From IMG/VR virus record IMGVR_UViG_3300028393_000050: a DNA stretch of 20,000 bases. One strand, written 5' to 3'. Under the pieces are notes generated by a model that saw only the letters and a list, made by a program, of their open reading frames with translations, was not told the origin of the DNA and ran no database searches. Positions 8,172-15,831 of this stretch are shown here, one piece after another. Position numbers and translations under genes: made by a program. The stretch's first letter is position 1. The number at the start of each line of letters is the position of its first letter. This DNA is from an uncultured virus (IMG/VR IMGVR_UViG_3300028393_000050) (lineage: Duplodnaviria; Heunggongvirae; Uroviricota; Caudoviricetes).

Positions 8172-8486
8172 ATGGAACAACCAAATAGCAAATTCCCAAC
8201 TATGGGTACTAGCGCAGCTAGCAATGTAAAGAACGCTTCTGGCAAGCCGCTTACCGGTAAGCTAATGAAGAAGGGCAACACTGCTGCAGGCGACCCATAT
8301 GCACAAGCAAAGCCTAGCCGCCCACAAAAGCAGGTGACTTCAGCCCGTACTTACGGCATTACTACAACCATGCCTTCCTACGTAGACCCACAAATTGGTC
8401 CTACACAGGGCAACGGTCGTTTGTTTAAAGCAGCAACTAACCGCACATCGGCCCAGTTTACAGACGGTATGTCTAACTATAATTAA
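8172..8486 (+). CDS. Basic low-complexity hypothetical protein
   Basis: GAGGT RBS; followed by a terminator. Confidence 0.7.
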   Translation: MEQPNSKFPTMGTSAASNVKNASGKPLTGKLMKKGNTAAGDPYAQAKPSRPQKQVTSARTYGITTTMPSYVDPQIGPTQGNGRLFKAATNRTSAQFTDGMSNYN

Positions 8487-8502
8487 CCCCGACAAGGTAT
8501 AG

Positions 8503-8531
8503 AAAAAGCCCCCAGCAATGGGGGCTTTTTT
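8503..8531. terminator. Intrinsic terminator, probably bidirectional
   Basis: AAAAAGCCCCCA-GCAA-TGGGGGCTTTTTT with a GNRA loop. Confidence 0.9.
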
Positions 8532-8537
8532 ATTGCC

Positions 8538-8566
8538 TTGACAAATCAAAAATTATCAGCGATAAT
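8538..8566 (+). promoter_or_regulatory. Near-consensus sigma70/SigA promoter
   Basis: TTGACA (8538-8543), 17-nt spacer, GATAAT (8561-8566), immediately after the terminator. Confidence 0.75.
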
Positions 8567-8621
8567 CAACGTACATCACATTCTTGTGTGATAATAATAT
8601 ATAGAGACCGGGAGAGGTTGT

Positions 8622-8864
8622 ATGTTAATAGATGAACTAAAAGTATTGGCTGCCAAATCAGATGGAATAGGCTGTGTAGTAAATGTCTGGGTTCAAGACC
8701 AAGATAAAGAATTTCAAGAAATATTTTCTGTGCTTAAAGGCAAAACCAATTTAAATATGTCAGAGGCCTTAAAGCTAATTAAAAAGTACCACCCTGATGC
8801 TCCGTTTAAACAGACATCATTTAATTATCATATGAAAGGAACATGCACTTGTCCGATAGTTTAG
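8622..8864 (+). CDS. Small protein with a C...HxxxxCxC putative metal site
   Basis: GGAGAGG RBS; GCVV...YHMKGTCTC; overlaps the phosphoesterase start. Confidence 0.7.
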   Translation: MLIDELKVLAAKSDGIGCVVNVWVQDQDKEFQEIFSVLKGKTNLNMSEALKLIKKYHPDAPFKQTSFNYHMKGTCTCPIV

Positions 8865-9859
8865 CTAAAGAATTAGCCGCCCTTCTAAGAGAAGACCCGC
8901 TAAAACCGTTTCCATTGATGCAAGCCCAAAAGATGACAATTAAGCCATCTACAATTATTAAGCCTAAAAAAGGCAAGAATGAATGGAAGTTAGCTGCCCT
9001 ATTGCCGGACACACAGATTGGTTACCGTGTCTATGAAGATGGAACAGTAATCGAGTTTCATTCTGAAAAAGCAATTGATATTGCAATGCAGATTTTAAAC
9101 TATGCGCATCAGCAGTTTGGCGTGGACACTGTGGTAAACCTAGGAGATACCCTAGACCTACCAGCACAGAGCCGTCACCATCAAGAGATTGCGTTTCAGA
9201 ACTCAACTAACTTGGCTATCCAACGTGGGTACGAGTACCTAGCCGCACAGCGTGCAACCGTGCCAGATGCAGAAATTGTATTCCTAGAAGGTAACCACGA
9301 CTGCCGTATATATAAGTATCTAGCGGAAAATGCCCCAGCCGTATCTAATATGCGTCAGGCAGGGACTACGCCAAGTGATTGGCCAGTAAACAGCCTTCCA
9401 CACCTATTGCGTATGGATGAACTAAACATCAAGTACGCCAGCGGATACCCAGCGGGCGAATACTGGCTGAACGAGAACCTACGCTGTATCCACGGTGATC
9501 GCGTTAACTCAAGCGGTAGCACAGCCATGAAATATATCAATTCAAATCACCATGTTTCCGTAATTTATGGGCACATTCACCGAATTGAAATGATGTACCA
9601 CACTAACCACACCAGTAATGGGCCAGCTCGTAATGCCGCGTTTAGCCCTGGATGTTTATGTCGTGTAGATGGTTCGGTACCTAGCGTCAAGGGTGGAATT
9701 ACTCCTAATGAAAAACCAGTTAAATACTGGGAGAACTGGCAACAGGGCGTTGGGTTTGCTTGGTATAAAGACACAGGCGAATTTACCTTGTTATCAGTGC
9801 CAATCCTAGATGACTGGGCAGTATTTATGGGACAAGAGTTTAGAACTAATTTAGCCTAA
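8843..9859 (+). CDS. Calcineurin-like metallophosphoesterase; start may be TTG 8849
   Basis: PDTQIG, LGDTLD, EGNHD, IHGD, YGHIHR motifs. Confidence 0.9.
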   Translation: MHLSDSLAKELAALLREDPLKPFPLMQAQKMTIKPSTIIKPKKGKNEWKLAALLPDTQIGYRVYEDGTVIEFHSEKAIDIAMQILNYAHQQFGVDTVVNLGDTLDLPAQSRHHQEIAFQNSTNLAIQRGYEYLAAQRATVPDAEIVFLEGNHDCRIYKYLAENAPAVSNMRQAGTTPSDWPVNSLPHLLRMDELNIKYASGYPAGEYWLNENLRCIHGDRVNSSGSTAMKYINSNHHVSVIYGHIHRIEMMYHTNHTSNGPARNAAFSPGCLCRVDGSVPSVKGGITPNEKPVKYWENWQQGVGFAWYKDTGEFTLLSVPILDDWAVFMGQEFRTNLA

Positions 9860-9879
9860 TTAATGTATAAACTTGTCAT

Positions 9880-10407
9880 ATGGCAAGTGCACACCAAAAT
9901 ACCCAAAGCTTAGGTGCTGGCGGTTTATACGGAACCTACACTAATTATGGTGGAGGCGGCGTTGCCGTTGCTCGTTCAGAGCTTGACTATTTACGCATGG
10001 GTGTGGGTCGCGAACCATCCGCAGAATATCCAGATGGTTATTTAGGAACAATTAGAACTCGCCGCGATGATCGTGGACGCCCTAATAGCGTATCTGAGCA
10101 GGTCCTTCACGGCCTAAAAGTACGCCAAACGCAACGTGGTTATCAGCGCGGCGTTCATCGCGGCGAGCGCATTGACCCAGGCGATTACTATTTAGCCCCA
10201 GAGTTTGCCGTAGATAGAGGCATTAAACGCCAAATGGCCGCTGCGCGCAAAGGCGTGCCCGCAAAGAAATTTACACCGGCTTTTTCATTAGCCCCAGCCC
10301 CTCACCTAGTAAATGATGGTAAGGCAAATACTCGTTCTAACGCGCCGTTAGAGATGAACAATAACCGTAAATCACAACTTCGTGGTTTAAGTCCGCAATG
10401 GAGTTAA
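9880..10407 (+). CDS. Gly/Arg-rich hypothetical protein, probably leaderless
   Basis: No RBS; TAAACT -10-like hexamer at 9868-9873, 6 nt before the ATG. Confidence 0.75.
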   Translation: MASAHQNTQSLGAGGLYGTYTNYGGGGVAVARSELDYLRMGVGREPSAEYPDGYLGTIRTRRDDRGRPNSVSEQVLHGLKVRQTQRGYQRGVHRGERIDPGDYYLAPEFAVDRGIKRQMAAARKGVPAKKFTPAFSLAPAPHLVNDGKANTRSNAPLEMNNNRKSQLRGLSPQWS

Positions 10408-10408
10408 C

Positions 10409-10714
10409 ATGGGAAAAGTAGGTAGTGCCCTCGCATGGGCTGCAGAAAAAGCAACTTCTGGGGATAAAACAGTTGATTTTTTTCCAACCGAGTCGCGTAA
10501 AAAATCATTTGCAAATGGCACAGGTCAATCATCTGAGATTGATGACGCTATTGAGGCGCATGATGCAGAGGTAGAACGCAAGCAAAAAATTGGTGAAAGA
10601 CGGGCTAAGCTTATTGATTCGGTAGATAACAATTTAGCTGTAGGCACAAGTATGGCCGAAAAAATAGATTACAAAACCCGTAGCGCACTTAAAGAAAATA
10701 AAGGAGTTTACTAA
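10409..10714 (+). CDS. Hypothetical protein
   Basis: Tightly packed in the operon. Confidence 0.7.
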   Translation: MGKVGSALAWAAEKATSGDKTVDFFPTESRKKSFANGTGQSSEIDDAIEAHDAEVERKQKIGERRAKLIDSVDNNLAVGTSMAEKIDYKTRSALKENKGVY

Positions 10715-10716
10715 AA

Positions 10717-11094
10717 ATGGCATTTTTAGCCCCGTTAATCCCAATTATTGGAGAAGCACTTGCTGGAGGAGCCGCAGTTGCTGGTGAAGCAGCCGCAGGT
10801 GGAGCTATTGCTGGAGAAGCCGCTGCAGGAGCTGCAGCCGCTGGCGAAGCTGCCGCTGCAGGAACTGGAGAAGCTGCCGCTGCAGGCGGGCGTTTTAGTC
10901 AATTTACTGATGCTGTAAAAACCGCATATGATTCGCCAACTGGAAAGACTGCTAGAGCTGGACATATGCTTAGCGGTGGAGATAATAATAGCGATCAATC
11001 AACCACTCAACCATACACGTTAGACCAAGCCAACGCTGCAGCTAATAGACAAGGCGAATTTTTATCAGGCGCGACACAAACTGGGGCTAATTAA
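10717..11094 (+). CDS. Ala/Gly-rich protein with five GEA(A/L)A repeats
   Basis: MAFLAPLIPII-GEALAGGAAVA-GEAAAGGAIA-GEAAAGAAAA-GEAAAAGT-GEAAAAGG. Confidence 0.75.
   Translation: MAFLAPLIPIIGEALAGGAAVAGEAAAGGAIAGEAAAGAAAAGEAAAAGTGEAAAAGGRFSQFTDAVKTAYDSPTGKTARAGHMLSGGDNNSDQSTTQPYTLDQANAAANRQGEFLSGATQTGAN
10750..10890 (+). repeat. Imperfect in-frame tandem repeat (24-33 bp units, GGNGAAGCN...GCAGG)
   Basis: For example, gaagctgccgctgcagg occurs twice exactly. Confidence 0.8.
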
Positions 11095-11450
11095 TGCCTA
11101 ATACCCCAGATGGTAGATATGGGTATAGGGCGTGGGATAAAGCCATAGGTGTACCAAAAGAGGCAGCGATGCCTCCGCAAGAGTATTTAGGCCCTTTTGC
11201 TAGTAATAATGAACGTATGCTAAGCCAGGCCCTTAAAGTTGGTAACTTAACCGCAGCTGAGATACAAGATTATGTACGCCCACCTTTGCCACAAATAAAC
11301 CTTTTTCCTAATAAATTTGGGTATGAGACTTCAGAATATGGCATTAAAGATATAGTAGAACTATCTGGTCGAATTCAACAGCGTGTTGATTTCTCAGGGG
11401 CGGCTACTACAACCGAATCTACAAGCAGGAACGCGTTAGGAAATACATAA
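11094..11450 (+). CDS. Hypothetical protein
   Basis: TAATG coupling to the previous gene. Confidence 0.7.
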   Translation: MPNTPDGRYGYRAWDKAIGVPKEAAMPPQEYLGPFASNNERMLSQALKVGNLTAAEIQDYVRPPLPQINLFPNKFGYETSEYGIKDIVELSGRIQQRVDFSGAATTTESTSRNALGNT

Positions 11451-11451
11451 T

Positions 11452-11655
11452 ATGGACCTTAGTTCTGTAGACCCGACCGGTGATGGAATGGCTCAAGTTA
11501 CCCCATATCCAGCGGGAATTCGCGTGTATAATGGTGATAAGCCTTGTACGTCATGCGGTTATATTTTAAATCCTGTTCAAGCATTAAACTCAGATATTTG
11601 TCCTGGATGCTCAAGACGTAAAGCGGCAAAACAACTCGCCAATAAGATGGCGTAA
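11452..11655 (+). CDS. Small zinc-ribbon protein
   Basis: CTSCG...CPGC; AGGA RBS. Confidence 0.7.
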   Translation: MDLSSVDPTGDGMAQVTPYPAGIRVYNGDKPCTSCGYILNPVQALNSDICPGCSRRKAAKQLANKMA

Positions 11656-11665
11656 GGAGATAACC

Positions 11666-11872
11666 ATGGCAGTAAATGAATCACGTTCATTGAGCGAAAG
11701 CCTAGAAAATGGCGCAACTGACGGTAAGTACCGTAAGCGTCGCCCTAACACCGAAGTAGCCCCTGGACAGGGTGACCAAACAGTTATAAAGAACCGTGCT
11801 GGTCTACATCCTTACATGAACTACGGTTTTATTAACAGCGAAGACCCTAATAAGGTAGTTCCAGGGAAGTAG
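11666..11872 (+). CDS. Small hypothetical protein
   Basis: AAGGAG RBS; basic KYRKRRP patch. Confidence 0.7.
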   Translation: MAVNESRSLSESLENGATDGKYRKRRPNTEVAPGQGDQTVIKNRAGLHPYMNYGFINSEDPNKVVPGK

Positions 11873-11874
11873 TC

Positions 11875-12258
11875 ATGGCAATATTTCATGATCGCAGAAG
11901 TGGCGAACTTGTTAATTTAGGTAGAGATAGCGAAGGCACTAACTCCAAAATGCGCCTTGATAGCCGCAATACTTTGCCTTATGATTTTTTTCCTACCAAA
12001 ACTAATCCAACGGAAGTTTCTATAAAACTTCCAGGCGCAGAAACTGAGCAAATATTTCCTTCGATGTCTGCACTAGCTAAGCACCCAAGAGTGCAAAAGC
12101 GCATGAAAGACGAGGGTCAAGGCATCATTACCCGTAAAATTATTGCACCATTAGTTGCAAAAGGTTATGACATGTCCGCCAAAGCTATGGATAAAAGTGC
12201 TCGTAAAAACAATAAACGCACCGGTAATAGGTTGCGTAAAGAAAATCAAGGACGTTAA
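11875..12258 (+). CDS. Basic hypothetical protein, paralog of 13024..13365
   Basis: MAIFHDRR...FPSMSALAKHP...MKDEGQG...RKIIAP. Confidence 0.75.
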   Translation: MAIFHDRRSGELVNLGRDSEGTNSKMRLDSRNTLPYDFFPTKTNPTEVSIKLPGAETEQIFPSMSALAKHPRVQKRMKDEGQGIITRKIIAPLVAKGYDMSAKAMDKSARKNNKRTGNRLRKENQGR

Positions 12259-12263
12259 TCACC

Positions 12264-13022
12264 ATGGCGACACCTAGAAAGAAACCAGGCAACAGATTAA
12301 CCGCATCTGAAAGAAAGCAAGTTACTAAAAGTAACAAAGCCATTAAAAGAAGACGCGATATTACTGCAGGCGCTAAACAAGGCGGTCTTTGGGCTGACAG
12401 CTCAGGACTTGGAGATTCATTACGCGACTTAGACAAAATAAATGCTAAAACAGGAATGTCAGCTGCTGAACAAGCAGATAAAGATGCCGAAGGTACACAA
12501 TATCAACGCGTAAAAACCAAAGAAGAAGTAGCAACTGGAGAGAGCAAAGGCCAACAATTTAGAGGTCATGGCGGTTCTGTATTTCGTGACGCAGAGAGTA
12601 GAAACAAACATAACAAGCGTTTTATTAATGATATGATGCGAGCTGGTGCACCAATTCCGGAGTCTATGCACAGGGAACTTGAGGCGCATCAACAAATGTT
12701 TGAGACAACCAAAGACCCAGCTAAGAGAGAAGATTCTAGAAAAAGAATTGGGCGTATGTTACAGGCAGGTGCAATTAACCCAAGTAAATTTCCTAATGGA
12801 ACTGCGTGCCAAACCCCAAATTGCCCAAATAGCACAAAAGACGACGTTGTTTGCTCAACGTGTCTAGGCGGCGCAAAAGGTAGCCGTACTGAAGGTATGA
12901 AAACTACAGGAACTAAAATGCAGACTGCTGATGTGGCAGGCGCAGGTTACAGAGATAAACCCCAACGAGCACCTAAAGACCTTACAAAAACAAAGAGTAC
13001 TAAACCAAGAAAGGCGGCATAA
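12264..13022 (+). CDS. Highly basic protein with a CxxxxC...CxxC site
   Basis: K/R-rich termini; CQTPNC...VCSTC. Confidence 0.75.
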   Translation: MATPRKKPGNRLTASERKQVTKSNKAIKRRRDITAGAKQGGLWADSSGLGDSLRDLDKINAKTGMSAAEQADKDAEGTQYQRVKTKEEVATGESKGQQFRGHGGSVFRDAESRNKHNKRFINDMMRAGAPIPESMHRELEAHQQMFETTKDPAKREDSRKRIGRMLQAGAINPSKFPNGTACQTPNCPNSTKDDVVCSTCLGGAKGSRTEGMKTTGTKMQTADVAGAGYRDKPQRAPKDLTKTKSTKPRKAA

Positions 13023-13023
13023 A

Positions 13024-13365
13024 ATGCCATTTGAATTTCACGACAGACGCACAAACACCTTACACCCACTAGCTACTCAAGCTAGTTTGCACAATAAAGA
13101 AACAGGTTCTGTTCACGCTTTTGATTCACTTCACGCTTTAGTTACAAGTCCAGAAGGACAAGCAGGAATGAAAGCAGCTGGTAAGGGCAGATTTGCTCGT
13201 AAAGTTATTGCACCAATAACTGCTAGATTAGGCGATGCTGCTGCTAAGCTGGCAGATAGATTAGAGCCAAAAGCAGATAAAATTGCAAGAGCAAAAGCGG
13301 CAGAAAAAGCTAAAAACACTTACACGGATGTTTCTGGCCGTGAGCAAAAGTGGTCAGACTTTTAA
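13024..13365 (+). CDS. Basic hypothetical protein, paralog of 11875..12258; true start ATG 13024
   Basis: MPFEFHDRR...FDSLHALVTSP...MKAAGKG...RKVIAP; starts 1 nt after the previous stop. Confidence 0.75.
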   Translation: MPFEFHDRRTNTLHPLATQASLHNKETGSVHAFDSLHALVTSPEGQAGMKAAGKGRFARKVIAPITARLGDAAAKLADRLEPKADKIARAKAAEKAKNTYTDVSGREQKWSDF

Positions 13366-13382
13366 AAATAATATGATAGGCT
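13355..13382 (+). promoter_or_regulatory. Putative promoter with extended -10 for the downstream operon
   Basis: CAGACT (13355-13360), 16-nt spacer, TAGGCT (13377-13382) preceded by TGn; AGGAG RBS downstream. Confidence 0.45.
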
Positions 13383-13408
13383 AACCACCTATCTAACAGG
13401 AGCACTAT

Positions 13409-13906
13409 ATGTCTAATAAAGAAGAGCAAGAACCGTATTTTCGTTTACTGGTCTGTAAAAACTGTCGTACCATTGACGAACTGCCTTCCGCTGAGGAAGA
13501 CCCAGGCAACACCCTTTTAAACATTACAGTAGAGCGCCATGGTGATTTGCATTATGGCCGTCTATGGAATGTGCCTAAAGCCGTTTGGTCTACCCCAGCC
13601 CTTAAAGAAGATGTAATTAAGCAGTTATCTGGTGGCGAAGGCGAAGGTCTAGGACTACCTTTCTACAATACTCGTATGCAGTTTGCAGAAGACGCTATGA
13701 CCTGTTATAGTATCCATAACCGCCCAAGTGGACAATGCCCTGACTATAAATCAGACAAAAAGAAACTTTCAGCGGGTACTGAGCAAATGCGTAAAGCAGA
13801 AAACTTAGACAAATACGCAGGCCCAACCATTTATCTGTGCGATTTTTGCCCAGTTAAGTCGTTTAACATGGTAAAAACACACGACAAAATCAAAGCATTT
13901 GACTAA
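13409..13906 (+). CDS. Cys/His-rich putative zinc-binding protein
   Basis: CKNC...H; CYSIH...C...CDFC. Confidence 0.75.
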   Translation: MSNKEEQEPYFRLLVCKNCRTIDELPSAEEDPGNTLLNITVERHGDLHYGRLWNVPKAVWSTPALKEDVIKQLSGGEGEGLGLPFYNTRMQFAEDAMTCYSIHNRPSGQCPDYKSDKKKLSAGTEQMRKAENLDKYAGPTIYLCDFCPVKSFNMVKTHDKIKAFD

Positions 13907-13919
13907 AAGGAGTCACAAA

Positions 13920-14222
13920 ATGGCAAACGGAACACCAACCTCACCAATTGAAACTGAAATTGAAACTGAAAAAATCCCTAAGTTTGAAACCGGATTTATT
14001 GTCCTTAAGGGAGAAAGCGGTGCTTGGCACGTACTGACAGACATCACGGCTAAAATAGAACTTGAGCGTGAAGTTGCCGTTAATGAGGTAAGGGCCGCTA
14101 CTACTGAAATTACCTATTCTATTGGTCAACAACAGTTAGCTGCCCTTGTTTTGTCAGCACTTTCACCACAACCTTCAGATGTCAACCTAGAAGACCCAAC
14201 TGAGGGTACAATAAAAGAGTAA
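13920..14222 (+). CDS. Hypothetical acidic protein; start probably ATG 13920
   Basis: AAAAGGAG RBS at 13905-13912. Confidence 0.7.
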   Translation: MANGTPTSPIETEIETEKIPKFETGFIVLKGESGAWHVLTDITAKIELEREVAVNEVRAATTEITYSIGQQQLAALVLSALSPQPSDVNLEDPTEGTIKE

Positions 14223-14244
14223 GCACATTCGTTAGGAGCCCATC

Positions 14245-14469
14245 ATGTTTGCGGAAATGTCCTGTAAGTGCGGTTCAACCTTGCAACTTGATGGGTTTAA
14301 CGAAAGTTTAACTGAGTTCACAGTAATACGGTTTTTAGAGGCTCACACGGGTTGTGGTTTTGTAACCCCCGTAAAAAATGAATTCCCAGAAAAAACAACT
14401 CGTAGAGAATTTGAAATAAAACAACCTAACTGGACTATAGTTTCTGTTGATGACGATGAAGAGGATTAA
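14245..14469 (+). CDS. Small CxC...HxxC protein with an acidic tail
   Basis: SCKCG...AHTGC; AGGAG RBS; abuts the NTase start. Confidence 0.7.
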   Translation: MFAEMSCKCGSTLQLDGFNESLTEFTVIRFLEAHTGCGFVTPVKNEFPEKTTRREFEIKQPNWTIVSVDDDEED

Positions 14470-15363
14470 GTGTTAGAACCAACAGAGACATCATATTTTA
14501 GCAAACCTTCTGTCGGACTAGACCCTAGGTTATTTAGGGATGGAAACCTACACGGTTTAGTTCGTTCAGCCATTTTACAATTGTTATTTAATCATTTAAA
14601 CAGTAAATATACTGGCGGAGAATCTTGGTCTCATGTGTGGCTTGCCGGATCGGGAGTTTCGTATCAGTGGGCTGCTCACCGTGACCCAGGTGATTTAGAT
14701 TGCTTAATTGGAATTGATTACGTTAGATTTAGACAATCAAATACTAAATTTATGGGGTTAAGTAACCAAGAGGTTGCCTCAATGCTTAACGAAGGTTTCC
14801 GAGAAGAACTTCATCCAATCACTGATAGATTCTTAGACTCGTTTGAGTTAACTTTTTATGTAAATGTGCGTAGTAACATCGCTGATATCAAGCCCTACGC
14901 CGCGTATTCTTTGACAGACGATAATTGGACTGTCACACCTAGTATGGACACTGTTCAAGCTAACCCAGCTTGGTTAAATGCAATAGAAAATGACAGACTA
15001 CTAGCAATTGATATATTGTCAAAATATGTAGCCGCTAAAAACAAATACGAGCAAGCAAGCAACGATGCTATTAAAGCAAATGCTCGTTCAGAAATGCGTA
15101 TGTCTATGTCACAAGGTTCCTCGTTGTATAGTAGTATCCATAATGAACGTTCTACCGCCTTTAGCCCATCGGGCGAAGGGTATTCAGATTTTGCTAATTA
15201 TCGTTGGCAATCAGGTAAACAATCAGGAGTAATTCAGTCACTTCGTACTTTGAAGGCTGAGATGGATGCCGAAGATGAAGCACTAAACAAGTCAAAATAC
15301 GGAGTAGATTTGCCAGACGCGAATACTTTAATTCGCCGTGCCGCAACTCGTCACCAATACTAG
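14470..15363 (+). CDS. DNA polymerase-beta-superfamily nucleotidyltransferase with a helical C-terminal domain
   Basis: hG[GS]...DhD signature: WLAGSGVSYQWAAHRDPGDLDCLIG; likely third carboxylate in FELTFYV; GAGG RBS, GTG start. Confidence 0.8.
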   Translation: MLEPTETSYFSKPSVGLDPRLFRDGNLHGLVRSAILQLLFNHLNSKYTGGESWSHVWLAGSGVSYQWAAHRDPGDLDCLIGIDYVRFRQSNTKFMGLSNQEVASMLNEGFREELHPITDRFLDSFELTFYVNVRSNIADIKPYAAYSLTDDNWTVTPSMDTVQANPAWLNAIENDRLLAIDILSKYVAAKNKYEQASNDAIKANARSEMRMSMSQGSSLYSSIHNERSTAFSPSGEGYSDFANYRWQSGKQSGVIQSLRTLKAEMDAEDEALNKSKYGVDLPDANTLIRRAATRHQY

Positions 15364-15375
15364 AAAGATTTAATC

Positions 15376-15831
15376 GTGGCAATTGTCATGTTCCTTGACG
15401 GCGTATTGCGTTCTGAAAATAAGACACCAATATTTGAAGGCGTTTCTCTATATAAAGCCCTAAATGTTAATGGGCTCGTTAGCCTTGCTTGTGATGACCA
15501 AGAAGAAGCTAATCGTTGGTGCAAAGAGCATAAACTAGTAGACATCGATGGGTTTATTTCTAATAAAACAGTTGGTGAATACGAGGATAGGGACTTTCGC
15601 AAAATACAGCACCAACAGGCCTCTGCGCCCATTCATATGGTTATTACAGCAGACATGGACTTAGCCGTTAAATGCCTTGAGAACGGCATTAAAACCCTTC
15701 TTTGGCTACATCCTGTCTATCTGAGTGCTAAGTTTAGACCAGACGGTAGAGAAGGTCGCAAAAGTTGGGATGCTGTCGTTGGTGAACTAGACAGACAGGT
15801 ACAACTTATGCTTGAGGATGACCGTCTATGA
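15376..15831 (+). CDS. HAD-fold protein (capless, PNKP-phosphatase-like) with degenerate catalytic motifs
   Basis: N-terminal IVMFLDGVLR resembles hhhDhDGvL with the first Asp replaced by Phe; motif IV region MVITAD; C-terminal GIKTLLW strand. Confidence 0.55.
   Translation: MAIVMFLDGVLRSENKTPIFEGVSLYKALNVNGLVSLACDDQEEANRWCKEHKLVDIDGFISNKTVGEYEDRDFRKIQHQQASAPIHMVITADMDLAVKCLENGIKTLLWLHPVYLSAKFRPDGREGRKSWDAVVGELDRQVQLMLEDDRL

Noticed and set aside
8575..8592. CRP/FNR-type site
   Set aside because: The half-sites are in the reverse order (TCACA-N6-TGTGA) of the CRP consensus TGTGA-N6-TCACA; kept only as a generic palindrome.
8172..13022. Recurring S/G-x-Q-F/W peptide (SAQF, SPQW, FSQF, GQQF) as a shared targeting or cleavage signal
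   Set aside because: Too short and degenerate to distinguish from chance without statistics.
13947..13970. 12-bp tandem duplication ATTGAAACTGAA x2 (IETE IETE)
   Set aside because: Simple in-frame slippage in a low-complexity N-terminus.
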